Positions 52,919 to 64,000 of a stretch of 64,000 nucleotides of DNA are shown one piece after another. The stretch is from Dimorphilus gyrociliatus. Its lineage: Eukaryota; Animalia; Annelida. The notes beneath the pieces are model-generated. The model did not search any database, was not told the DNA's origin, and was given only the letters and a program-made list of their open reading frames with translations. The stretch's first letter is position 1; each line of letters starts with the position of its first letter. Location of the stretch: the NCBI GenBank assembly GCA_904063045.1, contig CAJFCJ010000024.1:1-64000 (forward strand). Reading direction: 5' to 3'. The position numbers and the translations under genes were made by a program.

Positions 52919-53697
52919 CAGCTGTTGATAAGCAATCCTAGAACAGAGTGAGCATAAACTAATTAATAAAATGTTAAACAGCTTCAGCAGCAGCTGTACT
53001 TTGAAACTTGAACTTTAATCTTTCTGTTTGTCTTTCCTCCGGACTTCGTTTATACTATATTCTAATTGAGCGAAATTCGAACAATTTTTATTCGCTATAA
53101 ATTTAACTTGTTACAGATTGTTATTCAATACTTACCATTAATGAAGATTATACTAAAATTAAATTCTTACTGATTGTATAATATATAAATAAAGAAGATA
53201 CGCATTCATTAGGGAATTGAACATTATCGTTTCAAATGAGTCTATTAAAGATATATGACATTATCAGTTAAAACTGCTTGTTCTTTTTTATTATTGTAGC
53301 CCGACTTTTTCCGGTACAAATAACAGTTTCTTGAGAATATTAATCAATAATCGCGCGTTTTAAAGACATTGTACTTTTGTAGTAGTAATGTCGAAAAATT
53401 ACGATCTCCGATCTGATAATACGCTTTTCTGACTAAAATGTCTTATTAAAGAAATACTTTCGTTAAGGTTACTTTCAAGATTTAAATTTTGTTTACAATT
53501 CTATTAACTTTTAGAAAGAATGTTTACAATCTCATTGATAGCTTTATATTTAAATACAGCAGAAATTTATTCCTAGAACGTCGATTAAATCGATTGAAAT
53601 CGATATTCATCCTCCTATAATCGGAATCAGCGAACTAGTTCTGTCACAAATTTGAGTGCATCGAAAGAACAACCTTTTCGAGGAATTCGAGGAAGTC

Positions 53698-56600
53698 ATG
53701 GAGAATAAGTCTAAGAAAATTGAAGAATTAATAACGAATTTACACAACGCAAAAAATGATAATGACAAGTTTGCAGGATGTTTATTCGTCAGTGAAATTA
53801 GGTAGTTTTTCTAATTTCTCTTATTATCGCTCCTTTTTTTGCAGGCGGCTCATGTTGTGAAGTCCGATAATTTAACAACGAGTGATAAAAGAAAAGTTTT
53901 CACGGCAATAGGAGGTTACTTCATAGAGAGATTGCTTAGAACAAGTACATATCTAATTGATTTCGAATAATTACTCCCTTTTTTATGATATAAATTGTAT
54001 TTTAGAAAATGTTCCCGAAGGCTGTGGAGAGTATGTCTATAAAGATATTGCTATAAACATTTTAAAGAGTTTCTCAGACGATCAAGAATTGGTAAGTCAT
54101 TTTTATGAAGATTATTTGAACTTCTTTTCCCTAGTGTGTAATTTAAAAGTACTTTACAAAGCAACAAATTTGAATAAAATTAAAATTTATAAGATTGAAT
54201 GCCTACATTTTACAGATAAAAGAAGAGTTTATTGACTTTCTCCCCTATCTATTGACTATTATTAACCTTGTTCCTGATAATGAGTGCGTAAAATAAATAT
54301 AGAAACGACATCAAGTATAAAAAATCTTGTATAATTTTAGAGAAGCTAAGGATACTGTAGAGAAGCTGATAGAAAATACATACGATTGTTTAAATGCTAT
54401 AATTCAAGCATCCTTTAATTCTTCAAAGTTTGATATAAATGGTATCATCAAATCTCTCTGTACAACTGTAATTGCGCAAAACTTTAGTAAGTTTCAAAGC
54501 AATGTATATACCTATAAGTAACGTAATAGGACGATTAAAACTTTTTCACAGGTTATACGAAGGCATTGGATTTGTTAGAAGCATTACTACCGTTTCACAC
54601 AGAAATTCTCTGGACTGAAATAAATATGCATGAGTTCCATAAAATTATGAGTCTATTGTTAAAATTGTTGGAATCTGCAACCGTAAGTTGCTTTCTGGAT
54701 TGTTTCACCTGTAAGAATTTTAAATTTTTTCAGCCTATCAAGAAAGTAGCAAGACTGAAACTCATTCGAGTGTTTGTAAATAAAGGTCCATCATTGGTAC
54801 ATTTTCTTGTATACGATTATTTGAGCAAAAGTAATTGTTTTCTCTTGGATTTTCAGGATTTAACGGACTTAAATAGACGGCAATGGGCCAATGACTTATC
54901 TATTGCTTTGTTAAAGTTTATAAAATCTAAAGTAACTATATTACTTTTTCCTTCTTTTTCTTAAGTCTAAATAAAAAATCCCTATTAGTTGACAGTTAAA
55001 GATCGCCAACAAGTACTTATGTTAGCATCGGCTTGTGTTGGCAAGTATGGTTGTTTATGGCTAACTGCTACAAGCATAGAAGATCGAAATAAAATTATAA
55101 TCTTACTGGCACGTCTGGCCTGTATTGAATATCATATTTCTTTTGGATCATCAAAAGAAATTTCTGAGGTTGAAAAACAGATTGCTCTTTTGTTTTACTT
55201 TATAAAACGAGTTCAACGTCACAGGTTTACATAGATTCGAATACTGAGTTATACGTTACAATGTGTTCTCTTATGGCAAATATACTGGTATATATAATTG
55301 AAAATTGTGATTCATTTACAGATTCTGAACAGGTAATGAAAGTGTATATTATCTTATTAAATTAGGAATTAATTAAGCTACTCAAACAGATACGGCAATT
55401 TAAAGATGCTTTCGTGACCTCTATAGAAGATATGTGCGCAATAATTGTATCGATTGGTGAGAATAATCAAGTAGCAAATGTTTGTCTCTATTAATGAGTT
55501 TAGTTTAAATGCATTAAGAGTAATGGGTAAATGTTATACAGCATATTCACCCAATTACCTTATCAAGTTTGCGGGTAATTGGAACATGGGGCTCTGAAGA
55601 AACTGATTTAACAAGTGATCACTTGGTGAAAGCTATTCCATCAATAATTAAAATATGGTTCGTTCTTTACTTGAAATACTTTTACAAAAGGTTTTATATT
55701 CTGATATCTAATTTGTATTAGCGAAAAATTTAGCCAACAAGATCCTCCAACAGATGCTTGGTCTTTTATTCTAAGAGTAAGCATTTTAGAATTACTTTAT
55801 CTTCAACATAATGATCTTAATATTCATTTATAGATGCTACATTCCCTTATAATCTCTAAAGAAGAAGTTCGAGAAAGAATTCTAAAAGCCTGCATTCATC
55901 TTAAATTAATTGATATGACAACTGAAAAGCTCAAAAGCATTAAAATTGATAAGTCCTATACCGAAAATTTTGTAAGTATTTGCTTTTCAAATAGAAGTTC
56001 ATACCTACAATAATAGTTTCAAACATTTCAGGTAGATGCAATAAATGCTTTTACTATAACTGATGCATTGATAAGTTTAGGCCTCAAAGATCAGTATCCT
56101 GATGACATTATGAAAAATTTTCTCTCCTATTTACTAACCGACACCTTGTACTTTTGTTGGTTTTATACTCTTTTTATACGCTTAAAATATAATATTTAAT
56201 TATTTGCCAAATAGATGAAAGTCATATGTGGCTGGAATTACTACTTAGTAAGGCAGCTCTAACGTTAAAGGTCTGCCATGAATGGAATAGCTTTGACGGT
56301 AAGTAACATGGGCACCTTTAAAATAATTTAGTAATTCTATATCTTTTATAGACGACGTCTTTGTGAAGAAACTGTGTGTGTACATTGAAGTCCTCTGTAA
56401 AAATATTTTAAATAATATATATGAAACTAAGAGATCGACGAAAAAAAATCAAAGAGTGAAGACCAAATTTTTTATATCATTAAAATTCAAGCCATTTTAC
56501 ACAGAAAATTGCCTTGAAAGATTCTTAGAAATTATTGAAAGTTAGCTTTATTAATAATTTGAAAAATATTTTTTAATTTTTAAACATTCTATATTAGATA

Positions 56601-57001
56601 TTAATTCCTTAATTGATCAACATAAGGAAATTATTCAAAGTGTTATTGATTCTTCGTTATTAAGTTCGCTTCTAAAGTTATTGAGAGATCTTTATGATGG
56701 AGGTAATTACATAATTAACACAGAATTATGTTCTTTCGCTTGTCTTTAACATTAACTTTTTAAACACAGAATTATGTATGCAAGATATGGCAAAGATTAT
56801 CGACAATCTTCTTGTAAATTGTCTCGAAAAAAGCAATCATGTAAGAGGCTTAGTTCTTACAAAGCATATTAAACTGGAGTGGCTAAGGTGAGAACTAATA
56901 AAACTTGTAATACGATTATACAAAGACAGTGTTTCTCCAGATATCACGGTATGGTTAACTCTGGAAGATATATAGCTCAAATGTTAGAGGAAAGAGGATA
57001 A
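53698..57001 (+). CDS. NCDN: Neurochondrin, multi-exon
   Basis: N-terminal LHNAKNDNDKFAGCLF..VK and AIGGYFIERLLRT match the neurochondrin N-terminus. Helical ARM-like body across many short exons. Terminal exon 56941-57001 ends in TAA. Confidence 0.8.
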
Positions 57002-57631
57002 AACTAGTTTTATTAATACTTTACATTACGTCCAGTATTTTTTATCAAATTTCGTTTGTTAACTTTTTTATAGACCATTGTATTGGAAAAAAAATAAAAA
57101 CTTTCAAATTTCGTTATGTAATATGTTGTTTTAAAAATTTTTTTTGAGCTAGTTACGTTGTTTGATTGTAGTACGAAATGTTATAATCTAATTAAGAAAA
57201 TATACAAAAACCTATATTGATATATAGCAGATAAATTAATTATGTATTTAACAAAATACCACTGAACCGCTAGTTGAAAGCTACATAAAGACTTTTCCAA
57301 ACGTTTAAAAGATAAGTTTGCGAAAAGCGCACCGAATTCAGAGTGAAAACACAATACTCCTTTATCACTCTGAATACAATAGATATGTTAAAAATTACAA
57401 TCATATTTTACATCAAAAGATTAAGAAGTCTCTTTAAAAAAGGTCGTTTTACGACACTATTAGTAATAAATTGGTGGAAGTTTATCAAAACGGACACAAT
57501 ACTTAATATTCGACATAATAAGTAACGGTACTTTTATTTTATAGGCACAAAATATTTCACCGTCACTATAACTGAATGACAAATAATATATACATTTAAA
57601 ATCGTTAAGTCAGAACTAGTATATATATGTA

Positions 57632-57666
<35 letters not shown>

Positions 57667-57788
57667 AATTGAGCTACATTCCATTTTTTCTACCAATCTT
57701 TCAATTTCATATTTCAAAAAAATTTTCTAGCTTTCTTCTGATTGATAGAGAAATTTTATTTCTTTAAGGAGAGAACAATAACTGATTT

Positions 57789-60032
57789 TTAATCACTAAA
57801 ATCATCTGATTCGGTATCCACGTCATCTTGGAACATTCCAGCATACAAAAGTAAATCCTCTAAAACCTCGGAATTATCATTTCTGGTCTCCAAAAAATTC
57901 CACAATAAGAAGTGTACTTCATTTTCTGTCTCGCCATCTTCACGAACTCTTCGTCTATTCAAAGAAAAGAAAATAATTCCACATTCTATATTTGAGATTT
58001 ATTTAAGCAATAAGAAAACTCAAGGCTTATATTCTATTATGTTTGTATAAACAATCTCTCTTTAAATATCTTACACCAGTAAAGTTGAATTTTGGAAAAG
58101 AAAACAACATACTTTGGCTTAGGTTTTGGAGGCATTGGATTTCCCTGTTCATCGGTGTGCTTGTAAAAACAATGCTCGTTAAAGGGACAATCTCCTTTAC
58201 CATGATTCCAATATCTACAAGGTTTTTCTGACAGAGCATTTTTATAATTTTCCATCAATTTCTTCTTCTCATCTTCTACATTAAGTTATTAGTTAAAATT
58301 TAGCAGAATGAAGAAAAAACAATACTAGTATAATAGAATAAACAATGCAGTATTATACAAACCATCTTCTACCCAAATAATAGAAGGTGTTACGAAATTC
58401 GAGCACACTCTACATTCGGGGCACGCACGTACAACACGTTTTTCAAATTTATCCTGACCACGCCAGCGCCGAATGCAACTTAAGCAAAACACGTGATTGC
58501 AATGAGACAAAATTCCAAACCTAGCATCGGATGCTGGCTTTTTATCTAACACCTAAAAAAGCAAATATTAGTTTAATAATTAAATTTTATAGGTGAATAT
58601 TTTATATATTTGTATATACATATATATATACTGTATATACATACATATACCTTATACAATACTAATAGCTGTATATATATATATATATACTCTTGCTGGT
58701 TTAGTTTAATTATATATTAAGAAAACAAAAGCGTAGGGAAAGGAAAGAGCGACGGGGAGGGGAAATAAGCTGATTAATTATATTCTATACTAATAGTAAG
58801 TGTATAGTATTAATATTGTTACTTTCGAATTATAAAAACTTAACAAACTCCTAAGTAAAGCTATTGTGAAAATTAAATATCTCTAATTATACAGGGTTTA
58901 TGTTTGTACGGATGGTTAATAGTTTTACTTTGTATATGCTTAATTTATGATAGAGAAATAGGTTATGAATGAATCGATATGAGTATTTTAGTTAACCTTT
59001 TCCATACAAACTCCGCAGACTTTGTCTTTCGATCTAGCAATAGCAAATGATGCTTCCATGGCTTTTTCATGCTCTTCAATACAATCCTTCTCGTGTCTCA
59101 AACGTTGATTTTCATCATCTGGATGGAGGCAGGCATATCCGCACATTTCACAAACGTTACCATGGACATACTGGCACTCATCGCCTAATCGACAACCATC
59201 GCTACTCATCGCCCAAGGACATAGCTCATTAAATTTTTCTTTGTGACTTTCTGAAACTATGGCTGCACTATCGTCAACTGCAGTTATTTGGGCATAGTTC
59301 TTTCCATGGTATTTCGCCCCTGGAACGAATTCCGCAGCTTGAGCCCAATCATATGGTTTCGGACCTGTAGTAAACATAATAGAAATTTTTATCTATGACT
59401 CAGTTCAATGCGAATTCAATATTAACGAGTCACTGCGAGTAACCATGAATGGTTGGGACATGGGCATAGAACAAAACCTCAATGCATTTATAATTAATAT
59501 AATAACCTGAAATCATTGATTTTTCAGGTGGTTCGCTACTGCTTGGTAGAGGTGGTGGTCCCAAAATTTTTGTCTTATGTTGTTTAACATGATCAAATCT
59601 GGAAGAATATTCAAACTTTTTTTTATATAATCATCATTCTCAGTAATATGTTTGAATTTACCTGCATTCTGAACCGTAAGAACAAGACCCTCGCAGGTAA
59701 TATTTACAAACAGTATCTTCTTTAGATGATAAATCATGTGAGAAAAAGCAATTTGCACCTTTCCCACAACAACCGTTCTTATAGAACCTTAAAAAATGAA
59801 ACAAATTTTAAGATGAAGTGGTTAGTTAGGCCAAAATTAATAAAGCGAAAACAAGAATTTCATCGAAACTTGAAGTTGTTACGCAATAGAAAACAACAAA
59901 CCGCATGAATAGAAAATTTATAAATGCAATTTAAAAGCAGCTATAGATAAATATAATTATCAGTTAATAGCTTATTTGTGATAAATACCGGCAAAGAACT
60001 TTTGATGTAGAAAGACGCTCCGAATTTGCCAT
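57789..60032 (-). CDS. MKRN1: Makorin E3 ligase (C3H zinc fingers plus RING), multi-exon
   Basis: C3H fingers CRFYKNGCCGKGANCFFSH, CKYYLRGSCSYGSEC and CPWAMSSDGCRLGDECQYVH. CEMCGYACLHP motif. RING CGVCMEKV..RFGILSHCNHVFCLSCIRRWR..CPECR. Final C3H and acidic tail. Confidence 0.93.
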
Positions 60033-61086
60033 TGCTTTCGTTTTTGCAACTTGTTGCAAACTGGACTATGCAAATTGGAACTATTTTCGATTAATGTGTC
60101 TAAGGGTAATGGTCGCTGGTTTTATGAAACCACCTTAACCACTAAATAAATGTAGTATAATATTGTGGAGTGAGGTTAAATTACCTTTCTCTACTCAGGC
60201 GTATTCATAGTACTTTTTCAGATGATTATGTCATGATTATTTATCGAATGTGTAATACTATAATGCCTAACGATCATATAAAATTTGAATTACAAGAATT
60301 CCGATCTAATTGATCGAGTAGTGTCGATATCTCAAACAGTCTGGTTCTTGTTAAACGAATTTATAGACAAGACATTTCTTACGAGGATTACAATCAGCAA
60401 ACATAGAAGAATGCGTTTATTTAACTAGCAAATTGTATTGAGTTTTTTTGTCTTTTCTATAAAGCAAAAATGTCACCTTGGATTGTTTTATAAAATACAT
60501 TTTTGCTATTTGTATATAATATTTCACTATTTTATATAGTCTATGAGTTTTTAGGTTGGTTACAGTTACTTTTAATCATTTTCTAAATGTAAATATAGAC
60601 TCTACAGGAAATGGTTTAAATTGTTTTTAATCTATTTAATCGTTTTAGCTTATTATGCAAAGTCAATGGAGTTAAAAACTTCTTTTTACAATTTGCAACC
60701 AAATATTTATCAAACGAATTCTATAAATAATGTCTAAATTTGGTTTAATTGTATACTAAATTCTCATCTATACAAACCAAAGTTCTATTATTATAGACTG
60801 TGTATACAATCTAATAATTCATAAATAATACTTGTAATTAGAATTTTTTAAATAAAAGTTAACTAGCTAACTGAAGAAACTAGTACTTATTTACTTAATA
60901 GGATTATAAATAATCTGTTAAATAGCACCAGATTTCTTAATAATAATAATCATTGTGCCTTTTTTTTTAACTATACTTCAATTCGAATTAGTTGCATGTC
61001 ATTTATCAAGTTCAAAAAGTTAATTATTAAATTCCAAATAATAGTTTCCTGTACTTCGTCCTATTTCATGAGAAATAGATACTATA

Positions 61087-61377
61087 ATGATTCAAACATC
61101 TGACGACTTTTATATAAATGAACTTGTCCGAAAATTAGATGAACGAGGTATTAAAAGTGGCAATAGTATTTATAGTAATACTGTTAAGCAATTAATAGAT
61201 GAATTTTTTAATTTATTACCTGAGAATCAAGCTTTCAAAAGCAGTAAAGACACTGATAGATCACTGACAGCTGCCTTAGTCAGTATACTTCTTATTCTTT
61301 GTGTAGTAACTATTTTTATAATTCATATAATGCGGGTCTCTCATAATAAAAATGAGAATATCAACGATGACGAGTAA
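61087..61377 (+). CDS. Hypothetical small single-pass membrane protein (96 aa)
   Basis: ATG-initiated ORF with protein-like composition and one TM (LTAALVSILLILCVVTIFIIHIM). No family recognised; could be the terminal exon of a longer gene (AG acceptor at about 61078). Confidence 0.45.
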   Translation: MIQTSDDFYINELVRKLDERGIKSGNSIYSNTVKQLIDEFFNLLPENQAFKSSKDTDRSLTAALVSILLILCVVTIFIIHIMRVSHNKNENINDDE

Positions 61378-61399
61378 TTTTGAAACTGATCTTATATAT

Positions 61400-61433
<34 letters not shown>

Positions 61434-62321
61434 TAAAATATCTTATGTTCAGTATATTAATAAAAAAGAAATCATATCTAATTTCTCTCAGTTTCATAAA
61501 GATATTAAACTTTACCGAGGCGATATTCGTTTCTGGTGGTTTATTTATTTTGTACCACTTAGCTTGATTTGGCCAATTATTTATAATTATGTTATGTCTA
61601 AGATTAGTTGCTTTTTTTGCTTTACTAATGGAAAATGAAGTAATAAACGTCGTGATAATGGCAGCAAGAGTTTTACTTACGATTATAAAATGTCTAGTTG
61701 ATAGTATAAAAACAAGAGATTAGTATCTGTTTATCCAAATAACAGAAAATTACCATTATTTAAATAAATATGAAAGGCAATAAAGGAGAGATCATCATTC
61801 AATAAAAAAGAGGATGAATTCCAGCTGTTGTTTTTATATGAACACCCTCAAGCATGCCAAGTATTATACATAATGGGAATTTATCAAAAAATTTCGATTA
61901 GAGAATTAAGATTGAAATACTAAATTTGGGGTTTTTAATGAATAGAAAAAACAAAACTAAAAAATTCTTTATCTTCCTGAATAATCAATTTTTTTTCTAT
62001 ACTGTATATAAATCTTAATAGGGAAAAATAACAGGTATCAAAAAAAATATAAGAGAGTTATAAAACGCTCATTAAAAAAATGAGCTAAAAGAAATATAAA
62101 CCTGCTGTTAGTATTCTATAGCGGCAACTTTGTTCGAACACCTGTTGCATAATTTTTAATCTGTTTTTAAGAAATGGTCACTCTGGAAAAATATAATAAA
62201 AAAGACGATGCGGTACAATAGAGTCCGCCGTCTATCTCGTAATCTGCATTTTTCGAAAATTTTTGAGAATTGAAGAACAAATATTTGTTTTATTTTTCTT
62301 CTTTACCACTAACATCTTTTC

Positions 62322-63138
62322 TTAACATGTACATTGTTTTCTCATCTTGATTAACTTAGGATTAATACCGAGCTTGATAGATCTCATCGCCATTGCGCGA
62401 TTGAAATGCCTCTGAGTTTTAACAGCGTCGTTCGAATCGTCCAATCCTGAGTCGATTGACGTGAGAATACCACATAGGACGCCCAAAACTAAAAACAAGA
62501 TGATAAATAAAGTATAATAAGTAACTGTTGCGTCCGATCCGGCGTTCAATTCTTTTAAATGAGCTTGTGCTGGACCGAAACCTGGATTCAAATCTAAAGC
62601 GTGCTTGAGATGTAGGGCAGCCTCGGCATTATGGCCATATGCTTTTAAAATTTCACCCAATGTAAAATGCTGTAACCAAGTATTTTGGTCCTGTGGTGCG
62701 GCATCCAAGGATTGCCTAGTCAATTGAATAGCGTCATCTAAGTAGTGTAGATTAAACAAAACTCTGGCAAGATTCAACAGAGCGTCCGAGTGACGAGGAG
62801 ACAGAGCTAAAGCTTTGCGAAAGCATTCTATAGCAAGATAAGTATCACCCTTTACCCGCCAAAGATTGCCAATTTGATTATAAATGGATGCGGAATTAGG
62901 CTTTTCTTTTATGGATTTTTTCAACTTTCTCTCAATTTCTTCCAAGTTTACTTCTTTGCCAGATTTTTTGCGGAGAATCATCGCAACTTCTGGTTCAGCT
63001 ACATGAGGATGGGAATGACGTCCAGCAACCCCTCTGAGATGATCTACATGAGTAGAATTAACAGCTTTCCCACAGTCTAAAGTTTTCTTTTTTTGCTTTT
63101 TATTCTTCTTACCTTGGCCATTTATTTTTGTACCCTCT
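62322..63138 (-). CDS. 3' exon of a TPR protein, TTC17-like, with a C-terminal TM segment
   Basis: TPR motifs NQIGNLWRVKGDTYLAIECFRKAL, LLNLARVLFNLHYLDDA and HFTLGEILKAYG..LKHALDLNP. TM YYTLFIILFLVLGVLCGIL. Splice acceptor at 63139-63140; upstream exons not resolved. Confidence 0.75.
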
Positions 63139-64000
63139 CTGAAAAACACAAAGTGAGATAAATATACGTATATAGATATATATTCTCATATTAAATCAAA
63201 AGTCTAACAAAATGGAGACAGTGGTTTAATAATTCGATTTTCATTTGGTCAATACTTCCAATACTGTCATTTAATTGTGTGCAGTCACAGTAAACAAGAA
63301 AGAAAATATTGAATAAACTTTTACTCTTTATGGATAACAATTATCAAAGAGATTTAAAAAAAAGCATTTAAATACATGTAAATTAATACATTCTTCATTA
63401 AGCTTAAACATACTGATTACACTAGTCTTTATTCTAAAAATAATTATTTAAATAAAAATAAATGCTTATACATTAATTATCATAAATATAATCAATAAAA
63501 CACTATTTTTCTGTATTATGCAGTAAAAATGTACAACTTAACCGATTTTTTTCTTTTTAAATCATCACTGCAGAATTATTTAGTAGCTTTTAACCTAGTA
63601 GTTCCTTTTAGAGAAATAGATATTGTCATGTTGATATAGTTGTATCGATTTTTTTAAATACAGGTGTTCTATTTGTTAAATTTGTCAAACTTTCAATTAC
63701 ATTCAAAAAAGTATTGAGAACATTATTGGGTAACAGCAACAATTCATAATATAATTCGTTTCGGATAAAGATTGTTGTCAATAATTCTTAATTAAAATAA
63801 GACTAATAATATATATATTATTAAAACATATCCGATTATGTCTTAATTTTCAATTGCATAACGATATGCAATAATCTAAAATAAAAAATTTTTTTGTCAT
63901 TATTGATTGTTTACGTAATGTAAAGAAAAAACTTTTATCTGGTAAGGATGGGCTATCTTTAATAAAATTATACATACATACATTTCGCAATCTATATATA

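Overview
AT-rich, gene-dense eukaryotic (animal) genomic DNA with very short spliceosomal introns (mostly ~53-110 bp). This fits a compact invertebrate, probably lophotrochozoan, genome (inference). The left 18.7 kb is a tandem array of nine divergent TRIM-like RING/B-box/coiled-coil genes. Six are full-length, intronless and end in a shared NHL-like beta-propeller region. Two are truncated and end in hydrophobic membrane tails. One is intron-containing. A probable tenth member starts at the left edge. Eight of the nine form two copies of the same 4-gene layout, each with a membrane-tailed truncated gene head-to-head with a full-length one. The rest of the window holds ordinary multi-exon genes: ABCC1/MRP1-like, ANO7-like anoctamin, a 644-aa orphan class A GPCR reconstructed from 8 exons, ABHD6, NUP62, a C3orf18-like membrane protein, a secreted probably GPI-anchored Cys-rich protein, a mitochondrial-clan P450, neurochondrin, makorin, a small orphan membrane ORF and the 3' exon of a TTC17-like TPR gene. 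Non-coding oddities include a 72-bp near-perfect hairpin and an over-represented palindrome, TAGGCCTA. All exon structures were inferred by eye from GT/AG sites and frame continuity, and family assignments come from recognised motifs, not database searches.
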